From positions 192,001-256,000 of the forward strand of contig JAYFMW010000017.1 of NCBI GenBank assembly GCA_042408215.1: 64,000 nt of DNA, given 5' to 3'. Shown one piece after another: positions 10,082-18,497 of this stretch (position 1 is the first letter of the stretch; each line of letters begins with the position of its first letter). The stretch is from Microcoleus sp. (lineage in GTDB: Bacteria > Cyanobacteriota > Cyanobacteriia > Cyanobacteriales > Microcoleaceae). Below the pieces are notes generated by a model. The model ran no database searches. It was given only the letters and a program-made list of their open reading frames with translations, and was not told the origin of the DNA. A program made the position numbers and the translations under genes.

Positions 10082-11062
10082 CTAAAGTTTACCACCACCG
10101 ATCAGGTAAAGTAAGGCCATCCGCACCGCCACCCCGCTCGTAACCTGTTGAGAAATTAAACTAAACTGGGGATCGTCCATCAAATCGGAACTAATTTCCA
10201 CCCCACGGTTGACCGGGCCTGGGTGCAAAACCTTGACATCGGGTTTGCAGAGTTTGAGCCGATCGCGCGTAATCCCGTACAAAGAATGATACTCTCGTAA
10301 ACTCGGCAGCAAATGCTGACTCATCCGTTCCTTTTGCAGCCGCAAAGTCATCACAAAATCAGCATCTTGCAAAGCAGGTGCAAGCTGCCAGTGCAAAAAT
10401 AACTTGCCTTCTCTACCGTTGCCGCACTCAGCAAACAACAGTGGCAGCAAAGTCGGCGGCCCGGCCAGGTGAACTTGGGCCCCGGAAGCCGTTAAACTCC
10501 AGATATTAGACCTCGCCACCCGCGAATGCAAAATATCCCCAACAACAGCAATTTTTTTGCCCGCTAAAAGTTTCAGTCGCGGAAGATCGGCATCTAACAA
10601 GGAACAGATGGTAAATAAGTCTAGCAAACCTTGCGACGGGTGTTCGTGCTGACCATCTCCAGCATTGAGAACGCTGACTCTCGAACCCAAGCGATCCATT
10701 TCCGACGCAATCGTGCTAGGAACTCCAGCCTGTTCGTGCCGGATTACCATCAAATCCGTTCCCATCGCCAGATAAGTCTTAGCCGTATCCAGAATAGTTT
10801 CTCCCTTCGTCAGAGAAGAACTGCCGGGGGTAAAATTCAGCGTATCCGCCGACAGCCGCTTCGCCGCCAACTCAAAACTATTCCGAGTCCGGGTAGAAGG
10901 TTCAAAAAACAAATTCGCCACCACTTGACCCTGCAAAGCTGGCACTTTCTTCGTGCGGCGACCGAGCACATCCCGAAAACTAGCCGCAGTTTGCAGCACT
11001 GTATCGTATTCGTCGGAGGTAAAATCAGCCAGAGTGAGAATGTGGCGCCTTGTCCAAGTCAT
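10082..11062 (-). CDS. pyrB: Aspartate carbamoyltransferase catalytic subunit
   Basis: [36 protein letters not shown]. Confidence 0.97.
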   Translation of the reverse strand: MTWTRRHILTLADFTSDEYDTVLQTAASFRDVLGRRTKKVPALQGQVVANLFFEPSTRTRNSFELAAKRLSADTLNFTPGSSSLTKGETILDTAKTYLAMGTDLMVIRHEQAGVPSTIASEMDRLGSRVSVLNAGDGQHEHPSQGLLDLFTICSLLDADLPRLKLLAGKKIAVVGDILHSRVARSNIWSLTASGAQVHLAGPPTLLPLLFAECGNGREGKLFLHWQLAPALQDADFVMTLRLQKERMSQHLLPSLREYHSLYGITRDRLKLCKPDVKVLHPGPVNRGVEISSDLMDDPQFSLISQQVTSGVAVRMALLYLIGGGKL

Positions 11063-12141
11063 AGAGTTACTTCTTGAGTTGCAAGTTGGAATTTATTGAC
11101 TCCTGAATGCGGATTTGCGTGCAGCCGCCCAGAATGTTCGATCGAGATTTAGTGGCGATCGTCAACAGTATCCAACAAATTTTGACCAAAAAACGATCGC
11201 GCCCACTTGCGGGGCTACGGGCATCAGGATAAGTCGGCAGGGACTTTCAAATTCCGTGAAAGATTGTGCAAAATTTCTTCGCCTCTGTGATACAATAGAA
11301 TTTGTAGGTGCGATTCGTTTAACCCAATAAAGTTAAACCCATTGCAGAGTCTCACCATGTCGCCCTTAGTCTCGCCCATTGTGGAGCCAATAACAGCAGC
11401 AAGCCAACAGCCTTCGCTTCTGCCTGCTGCTCAAGGGATCCAGATATCAGACACAGCAAATACCCCAGTCCTGAGCTAGATGATTCTGAATACACAATAA
11501 ATATTGGTACTTGTTGCCTGAATTTACCGGGTTAAAATCATAAAAATCCCACGGGAGAGCAGTTACTAGGACGACTATTTCCACGACTTTCCCGTAATAA
11601 GCCCAACAATGTAAGTAATTGTGTTGAACAAATACTTTCCCAAAAAATCGCGCTGCTCTGATAAACTTAGATAAGTCAGAAACCAATGGTTCGGCTTAAA
11701 GGACCTAAGCAACTTGGGACTACGAAAGTCACTAACCGCGAAAGCTTGTTCAGCTACCAGCAAATACAGGCGTACCTATTTATAGGCGTAGTCCTGAATG
11801 TTTGCAGGTGTCTTTGACATTAAAAAGCGCTATTGTCTCACGGCAATAGCTTTGTGGGATACCACCAATCCTTGCAATAGAAAGGCGATCTTTGGATGGT
11901 CTCAGATTGTCGGAGATTGTCCCAATTAAAAGTATCAGGAATATCGACAAGGGCTGTTTTATTAGCCGTCAGAAATGCTACAATGTACATAGACACATCG
12001 ATCTTTAAAGTTGGGTGAAACTCTCGCTCTTTGGGACGCTGTGGTTAAAAGACGTTTAACCGAAATGGTTAGATTGGTATCATCAGACAGCATATAGCGG
12101 GGGATTTGAAAGATGATTAATTCTTTGCAGTCAGTCTTGAC

Positions 12142-12325
12142 CAAAAAACTGGGATACAAGCCCCGTCCTTCTAGGACGGCTTTTTGCTAGAATACAGATA
12201 GTCGCCGAGCGGGCATTGGGAGACTCTAAACGGACGTGGAGCGACGGTAAGACTACCGCTGGCGGAGCGCGTTGCTATGAAGCGTCAAGGAATCCTCGGA
12301 CTTGATAGACGGGGAGGTATGTCAA
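12142..12325 (+). mobile_element. 184-nt minimal IS200/IS605 derivative (M2): left end, promoter, omega-RNA-like scaffold
   Basis: TTGAC|caaaaaactggg...gccccgtccttctaggacggc, matching the tnpB element left end; TGcTAGAAT at 12185-12193; ends gaatcctcg...cggggaggtatgTCAA. Confidence 0.8.
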
Positions 12326-12342
12326 TCTTCAGTCTTGCTTAT

Positions 12343-12661
12343 CAAGAATAGCCTGAAAACCCGATCGACTTTAGTCCAGGGATAAAAGGTAGTTGCAGGA
12401 TAATCCAGCCTTGATTTACTGAGCGTGCCGAATCATTTTAATACAGTGTTTTAGTGTAGTAAAATAGCACTTGTCAGTACAAGACATTAAAACCTACCCC
12501 CGGACTGGGGGAAAGTTACGACCGAGGAGCTAGTTGCAAGACGCTTGATAGCAGACCGCCATTTTGGTAACAGGATTGCGCCCGGAAACCCACGCTGGCG
12601 CGGGATATTAAGGCCACAAAGTCTTAAGAATCCCCGCGTGTGCCAGACCGGGGAGCGTCAA
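12343..12661 (+). mobile_element. ORF-less IS200/IS605 derivative (M3), paralog of M1
   Basis: TTAT flank; colinear with 9220-9537; ends cggggagcgTCAA. Confidence 0.8.
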
Positions 12662-13288
12662 AGCCCCTTGTCAAAACCAACGGTGTTAAGATATAAGTTG
12701 AAGATGTAGCTTCCCGAAAAAAATCTACAGGTATCTTGGGTAGCACCAATTTTGAGTAAATCGGAGCTAGACTAAATAGCCAAATACTTGTCTAAAGTTG
12801 CTCATAGTTCTTCACGGTGATGATATTGACAGCGTTGTAATTTTCTGCTAATTTGACGCTCATGCCGAAACGATGAGGCAAAATATCTGGTTTGTAAACC
12901 ACAGTCGATTCAAAACTGACCAGCCTGTAAAAAGGTCGAACGGGAGACCACGATTCGTTAAATAGGTTGAAAATACAGGTTGAACAATGGCTAAAAGCTT
13001 CAACAGTTATACAACGTGATGCATAGGGTGGGCTACACCCGAATTTACGCCTGTGGACAAGTAGGAGCCGACTCCCTTGGCAGAAGCAGGAAGCAGACCC
13101 TCTAGAAACCACTTCTAGTTGAATGGTGAAGCTTGAATAAGTTTAGCCAAGTTTTGTATAGCAGCTCTGTAAGTTCGCTGTTAAACATCCGATAGTAATA
13201 TGGCGAGACTGTTCTTGGCGAAACTGCGACAAAAAGTGAGAGCCGGGAAGTTGTAATTACACAAGATTTAAACAATTCAAGAGGTATT

Positions 13289-13507
13289 ATGAGCCAACAG
13301 GTTATACAGCCGATGGTTAAGTTCCAGCGTCAGGTGCATTCTCTCGTCACGTCTAATATCATCCAGCCATCAGACAGCATTTGGAAGATTGCTCTGCTGT
13401 ACGGTGACGAATGGTCGTACTGGAAACAGCAACTCCTAGAGTTTGACTTTTCCTTGCAAGACCCCGTGAGCGAGTTACTAGCTGTGGAAGCTTGGGACGA
13501 GGAATAG
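13289..13507 (+). CDS. DUF4327 family protein
   Basis: GAGG RBS; MVKFQRQVHSLV...SIWKIALLYGDEW...LLAVEAWDEE. Confidence 0.85.
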   Translation: MSQQVIQPMVKFQRQVHSLVTSNIIQPSDSIWKIALLYGDEWSYWKQQLLEFDFSLQDPVSELLAVEAWDEE

Positions 13508-13546
13508 GGGAATAGTTTCTCGTAATGAGTTTTGATCTGAGGAATT

Positions 13547-13625
13547 GGGCATGGGGCATGGGGCATGGGGCATGGGGCATGGGGCATGGGGCATGGGGCA
13601 TGGGGCATTGGGCATTGGGCATTGG
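13547..13625. repeat. Heptamer tandem repeat (GGGCATG/GGGCATT)
   Basis: About 11 units. Confidence 0.95.
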
Positions 13626-13646
13626 AGGCAGAGCCTGGAAGGTTAT

Positions 13647-13945
13647 AAAGAATACCCTGAAAACCCTGTGACTTTAGTCCAGGGATGAAAGGGCGTTGCA
13701 GGATTTATCCAGCCAGCCCTCTTTATGCAAGACACAAACCACATTCTGTTACCAGAAAAATGTGGGATGGATACACAGACGCAGGTCTATACCAGCAAAT
13801 GCCTACCACAAGTAGCCATAGACTCAGCAATGGGCGAGTGGGTAGTGGGTTATTGACAAACCCTTTAAGAATCAAGATTTGGGTGGATTCATCCCCCAAA
13901 GTTTGTCCTTAAGAATCCCCGTGTCTTTAGACCGGGGAGTGTCAA
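13647..13945 (+). mobile_element. ORF-less IS200/IS605 derivative (M4)
   Basis: TTAT flank; left end shared with M1/M3 (gactttagtccagggatgaaag..gttgcaggatttatccagcc); different core; ends gaatccccg...cggggagtgTCAA. Confidence 0.8.
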
Positions 13946-13951
13946 TGGTAA

Positions 13952-14053
13952 CAACTAACAAATAACCAATAACCAATAACTAATAACCAATAACCAATAA
14001 CCAATAACAACGGTCAACGGTCAATGGTCAACGGTCAACGGTCAACGGTCAAC
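13952..14053. repeat. Heptamer tandem repeats (AATAACC)n then (GGTCAAC)n
   Basis: Directly visible. Confidence 0.9.
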
Positions 14054-14062
14054 TGACGTCCC

Positions 14063-15310
14063 TTAAAGGCAAGCTGCTAAAGCTTGAGCTAATTGTTGAG
14101 CTGTTTGAAAGCGCTCCCCAGGGTTAGCTGCTGTGGTTCGCAAAATGGTTTCTCGCAATTTCGGGGCGATGGTGGGAATATTGTCGAGCTTAAACCCATA
14201 ACCACGAGCTAGTTTGCCGTAAAACTTTTGAGGGCCCTCGCCCGTCAGCAAAAATATTAAAGTAGGCCCGATCGCATATAAATCCGACTGAGGGAGGGGC
14301 TGTCCCCGGTCTTGTTCCGGCGCTGTGTAGCCCTCAACGCCGATGCGAGTCCCTGGAGGAGTTCCGATTTCTTTAACTGCGCCAAAATCGATCACCGAAA
14401 TGCCATTGTCCCGGTGCCGTACCAGCAAATTAGCAGGTTTAATATCCCGGTGGACGAGGGGGGGTTGTTGAGAGTGAATGTAGCCCAAAACCTCACAGGT
14501 TTGAATCATCCACTCTAGGGCCTGTTGGGGAGGAACTGGGCCGCATTTATAGATGCGTTTTTCTAAATCCTCGCCGTGGAGCATTTCCATCACTAAGTAT
14601 TTTTTGCCCCCTTCGACAAAAAAGTCGAAAAACTGAGGAATTCCCGGATGGTTGAGCGCTTTGAGTGTCTTAGCTTCTCGTTCAAACAGTTCTTGAGCTT
14701 TGACTATTTGAGCCATGTCAGCATTCATTTCCTTGAGGACTACCAAAGAAGCTGCGGGCGAACTTCCGGGTTTTTGAGCTTTAGCCTTCTCTCGATCCCA
14801 GGCTAAAGTCGTTGTCCCCATACCGCCTTGACCCAAAGTTCGCAGCACTTGGTAGTGGCGGACTGTGCGATCGACTTTAATCGGTTCGCCACAGTGGATA
14901 CAGAATAAATTACTCTGGGGGTTGCCCGCGTGGGTACACCGCGCAGTGGCGAGATTGACGGCTGGGTGAGTCTGAATTTTGCTGCCGAGTTCAATCGTAG
15001 TAACTTGGAAATGCAGAAGTGGGCCGCCCCGCGCCAATTGGATCAGGGCACCGTCGGAGATCCACCCCTGCTCGATCGGCATACCGTTAACAAAAGTGCC
15101 ATTGGTCCCGGAATTGACTAAATACCACTGACTAGAGGTGCCGCTCTTAACTTTTTGCAATTCCAGGTGCTGCCGCGACACTAAAGGATTGGGGAGCACA
15201 ACGTGATTTTCAGGAGAGCGGCCGATGCGAACAATGGATTCGCTCTCAAAACTCCACTGTTGCAGGGGGATCTGTTGTTCTGGATCTAAAAGGGTCAGCA
15301 GCATTTTCAA
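14063..15310 (-). CDS. FHA-domain Ser/Thr protein kinase
   Basis: FHA IGRSP..VSRQH..GTNGTFVNG; kinase LGQGGMG, HRDIKPAN, DFG, APE; start approximate. Confidence 0.92.
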   Translation of the reverse strand: MKMLLTLLDPEQQIPLQQWSFESESIVRIGRSPENHVVLPNPLVSRQHLELQKVKSGTSSQWYLVNSGTNGTFVNGMPIEQGWISDGALIQLARGGPLLHFQVTTIELGSKIQTHPAVNLATARCTHAGNPQSNLFCIHCGEPIKVDRTVRHYQVLRTLGQGGMGTTTLAWDREKAKAQKPGSSPAASLVVLKEMNADMAQIVKAQELFEREAKTLKALNHPGIPQFFDFFVEGGKKYLVMEMLHGEDLEKRIYKCGPVPPQQALEWMIQTCEVLGYIHSQQPPLVHRDIKPANLLVRHRDNGISVIDFGAVKEIGTPPGTRIGVEGYTAPEQDRGQPLPQSDLYAIGPTLIFLLTGEGPQKFYGKLARGYGFKLDNIPTIAPKLRETILRTTAANPGERFQTAQQLAQALAACL

Positions 15311-15368
15311 GGGATGTGGTTGAGTTCCGTTATTTGGCCGTGGCGGGCGATCGATAATTTACAGGTTT

Positions 15369-15403
15369 GAAGAAGGAAGAAGGAAGAAGGAAGAAGGAAG
15401 AAG
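15369..15403. repeat. Heptamer tandem repeat (GAAGAAG)
   Basis: About 5 units. Confidence 0.85.
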
Positions 15404-15416
15404 CAAGAGAACTTAT

Positions 15417-15875
15417 CAGAAAGTTGGGTTTAAAACCCCGTCCTTTTAGGACGGCTTTAATTTCTTAAATCCATCTTAAAGATTCCGGTAATTGTTTTGC
15501 GAACGATCTATACTAGGGTAGTCCAGGTTAAACTCCTTTGCCATCGTGAAACAGTTGAGACACACTTTTAGGCATGAATTGTTGGACACAGAGCCGCGAA
15601 AACTCTTAAAACAGCGAGAGAATCAACGCATTCTCAGTACCAGAAAATAAATAATTTGGTTTAAATCAATTAAGTAGGGTGGGACACACCCAAACTCTAG
15701 GCTTGTATCAAGCGTACGCTTTTGGAGATAGACCCAAAGAAGGTGACAATGAGTTAGGCTCGGTGCTTAGTTCAATCGAACGGGTATTTGGTTTAAGTAA
15801 TGCCGCAAGGACATGGCACTTAAAGGTCAGTCGCTGAATTAAGAATCCCCACGCCTTCTTGTGGGGGAGTGTCAA
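15417..15875 (+). mobile_element. ORF-less IS200/IS605 derivative (M5)
   Basis: TTAT|cagaaagttggg...accccgtccttttaggacggc left end; gtgggacacacc resembles the tnpB 3' end; ends gaatcccc...gggggagtgTCAA. Confidence 0.8.
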
Positions 15876-15914
15876 TTAGTTTCATCAAAAAACTCGGTAA
15901 AAGTTTGCACAACT

Positions 15915-18134
15915 CTAAAATCGAGATGCCCCTACCTGGGCCCGAATCACAATGGCTGTGATATTGTCGTGACCGTTGTGTTTGTTGCCTAGCTCTATTA
16001 ACTTAGCAACTCCTTGCTCCAAATCAGCTTGTGGTTGCAAGAGGGGTTCGAGACAGGTCTGCCAGTACGTTTCCAACAAATCATGATCTGTCAGACCGTC
16101 AGAAGCCAAAATCAACAAAGTATCTTCGCACAAGTCAAAAAACTGCAAGTCGGGCTTGAGAAAATTACTGTCTCGCGGGCCGAGGGCTTGAGTCAGTTGA
16201 TAGGCGTCGGGACGGGAATAGGCAGTTTCCGGGTCAACCCCGCGCTGAATCTCCCGTTGTCCTACTTCGTGGTCTGTGGTGATTTGTTCCAGGGTTTGTC
16301 CCTTTCTGAGTCGGTAGAGACGGCTGTCGCCGACGTGGGCTACGGCGAATTTTGTGTCTTGAACTAAGACTGCGACGAGAGTTGTACCCATGCGGCCGCT
16401 GCCGGAACGGCAGTCTTTTTGGTTGATTTCAAAGATGGCTTTGTTGGCTAATAAGACTCCCTGGCGGATGGTTTCTGCGGTCGGTAGTTGATTTTCCCAA
16501 CTGGTGAGAAAGAATTCTCTGAGGGTTTCAGCGGCTAATTGACTGGCTATTTCGCCACCATCGTGTCCGCCCATACCGTCGCAGAGAATGTATAGCCCTT
16601 TGCTGTGGCAGATGGGACCGAAGGATGTTTCGAGCTTGTTGATTTGAGTCCAGATGCTGAAAAAGTCCTCGTTGTGGTCGCGCTGGAGTCCGACATCGGT
16701 GTGGCCTGCGTCTTCCAAGCGGTACATCTGCACCGGCATGGGCTGGGTTAAGACTTCGCCAGAGTCGGGGGTCAGCTCGTCGGGGCTGCCAAATTGGAAG
16801 CGTGTCGGGGTGGATGTTGCTACTGGTGAGGGTTGGAGTTTGAGGGGGATGGTCTCTAGGCGCGATCGCAATTCTTGTATTGTGTGGATCTCGCCTCTGT
16901 ACAATTCTTGCAGCAGTTCGAGCAATGGGCCAAACTGAGTGCGATCGGACTGGTTAAATATCACCCGCCACAATTGCCCCAAATCTACCAGTTGCAGGTT
17001 TGAGTCGGCGGGTTCTGGATACAGACGTTGCAGCCGCAAAGATGCCAAAGATAAGGAAGAGTCGGGGTTGACCCGCAAATTTGTCAGTTCCAGCAAACTT
17101 TGGCGACAGCGCCAGGGTTCTAGGGCTGCCCACAGTTCTGTCATTTCGTGCAGCCAGTATAAAATTTGCTGGGTGGAAGTTTCGGGTTGACTCCAGCGTT
17201 CTATGAGCAGTGGCCAGTGGGAGCAGTCTTCCAGCAGCAGCACTGCTTGTTCGTTTTCTAACCAGCTATCGTGAATGACTGGCAGGTTTTGGGAGAATTC
17301 CCAGCGGAGAGCTAGATAAGGTTCGGCTTTGCCTTGGCCAAGCTTTTCTAGGGCGGAATCGGTCAAGTTTTCTCCTGGTTCTATGGCCGCTCTGTAGGGG
17401 GAGGCTCCTTTGGCGAAGCTGGCTGAATTTGCTGCTAGGAGGGCTTTGAGGGGTGACATTTGCAGCGGCTGACAGTCCAATACTGCTACGGCTACTGTGT
17501 CTGAAGGTTTTCTCGGTGGCAGGGTTTCTAGCAGTTGGTAGCGCTGCTGGCTGTCTAGATAGGTTCCGGCTGGCTGGGAAGGGATTAAATCTTCGGAGTT
17601 GGGGATGGGGAATTCTTTCTGCTTTGCTTGAGGCTCTGTGGCGGTTGTGAAATTGCTTTGGGATAGGGTTATTTGGCTGTCTGGTGCTGTAGTATTGCTT
17701 TTTTGGTCTGTTTGAAAGGATGCGGGGTCGATCGCGCTGACGGCTGCCACAGCGTCGATTTCTGGGCTGAATGCGTCGTCGATTGGTGGTTGAGCTGGTG
17801 GTGGGACTGCTGTTGGGGGTTCGGCTGGGGTGGTTATTTCTGTTTGAATTGCGTCTGTTATGGCTTGGGCGGAGTTGGCTATGGGGGCGCTTTCTGGAAC
17901 AATGTCTGGTTTTTGTGGAAATTCGTCGGCCCCGACTGTTGGCAAATTCGATCCGCAAATAATTGCTTGCCACACTTGACCTGTTGCGGTGCCACAATTC
18001 TGACATAATGCGGCGCTAACGGCGACTTGGGTGCCGCATTGGTGACAAGATTTGTAAGTTAGGGAGTTTCCGCATTGTTGACAAAACTTGTGTTGATTGG
18101 GATTTTCAAATTGGCAGCGGGGACAGAGGAGCAT
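15915..18134 (-). CDS. PP2C-type Ser/Thr phosphatase with N-terminal double zinc ribbon
   Basis: Four CxxC; RDHNED, LCDGMGGH, HVGDSR, SDGL, GHDNIT. Confidence 0.92.
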   Translation of the reverse strand: MLLCPRCQFENPNQHKFCQQCGNSLTYKSCHQCGTQVAVSAALCQNCGTATGQVWQAIICGSNLPTVGADEFPQKPDIVPESAPIANSAQAITDAIQTEITTPAEPPTAVPPPAQPPIDDAFSPEIDAVAAVSAIDPASFQTDQKSNTTAPDSQITLSQSNFTTATEPQAKQKEFPIPNSEDLIPSQPAGTYLDSQQRYQLLETLPPRKPSDTVAVAVLDCQPLQMSPLKALLAANSASFAKGASPYRAAIEPGENLTDSALEKLGQGKAEPYLALRWEFSQNLPVIHDSWLENEQAVLLLEDCSHWPLLIERWSQPETSTQQILYWLHEMTELWAALEPWRCRQSLLELTNLRVNPDSSLSLASLRLQRLYPEPADSNLQLVDLGQLWRVIFNQSDRTQFGPLLELLQELYRGEIHTIQELRSRLETIPLKLQPSPVATSTPTRFQFGSPDELTPDSGEVLTQPMPVQMYRLEDAGHTDVGLQRDHNEDFFSIWTQINKLETSFGPICHSKGLYILCDGMGGHDGGEIASQLAAETLREFFLTSWENQLPTAETIRQGVLLANKAIFEINQKDCRSGSGRMGTTLVAVLVQDTKFAVAHVGDSRLYRLRKGQTLEQITTDHEVGQREIQRGVDPETAYSRPDAYQLTQALGPRDSNFLKPDLQFFDLCEDTLLILASDGLTDHDLLETYWQTCLEPLLQPQADLEQGVAKLIELGNKHNGHDNITAIVIRAQVGASRF

Positions 18135-18392
18135 AGGGGTTAAGGAATTGGATATTGGCGATCGAATTTGAGAGTGGAGGAGTTTTGGGTTCTGAGTTTT
18201 GAGTTTTGGGCAAGACTTGCAACGGATGACTCCCGTCCTATGACTATTTTATCGGGATGAATTCAGAACGCAGATATTTTTTGGAACAGAGATGTTGGAC
18301 TTTTGTTCTGGGCTGGCGCACCCCACAAGAAAGTTGATGTGTTGTGGAACGGGCATATTGCCTGTTAAGGGAGGATATTGCAACCTATGAGT

Positions 18393-18497
18393 TATATCAA
18401 TTCCGGTTGTATTGGAATGATTAAACCACAGAGGACGCAGAGAGCACAGAGTTGGAGAAGAGAGAGATGAATAATTCCGATGCCAATAGATTTGATC
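18393..18497. repeat. Dispersed ~100-bp intergenic repeat (aaccacagaggacgcagagagcacagag family)
   Basis: Inverted copies at about 31470-31577, 38632-38720 and 56541-56630. Confidence 0.75.

Noticed and set aside
13330..13622. ORFs with MPHAPCP repeats
   Set aside because: These are translations of a heptamer tandem repeat, antisense to the DUF4327 gene.
13685..13912. 75-aa ORF
   Set aside because: It lies wholly inside element M4 and has no recognisable motif.
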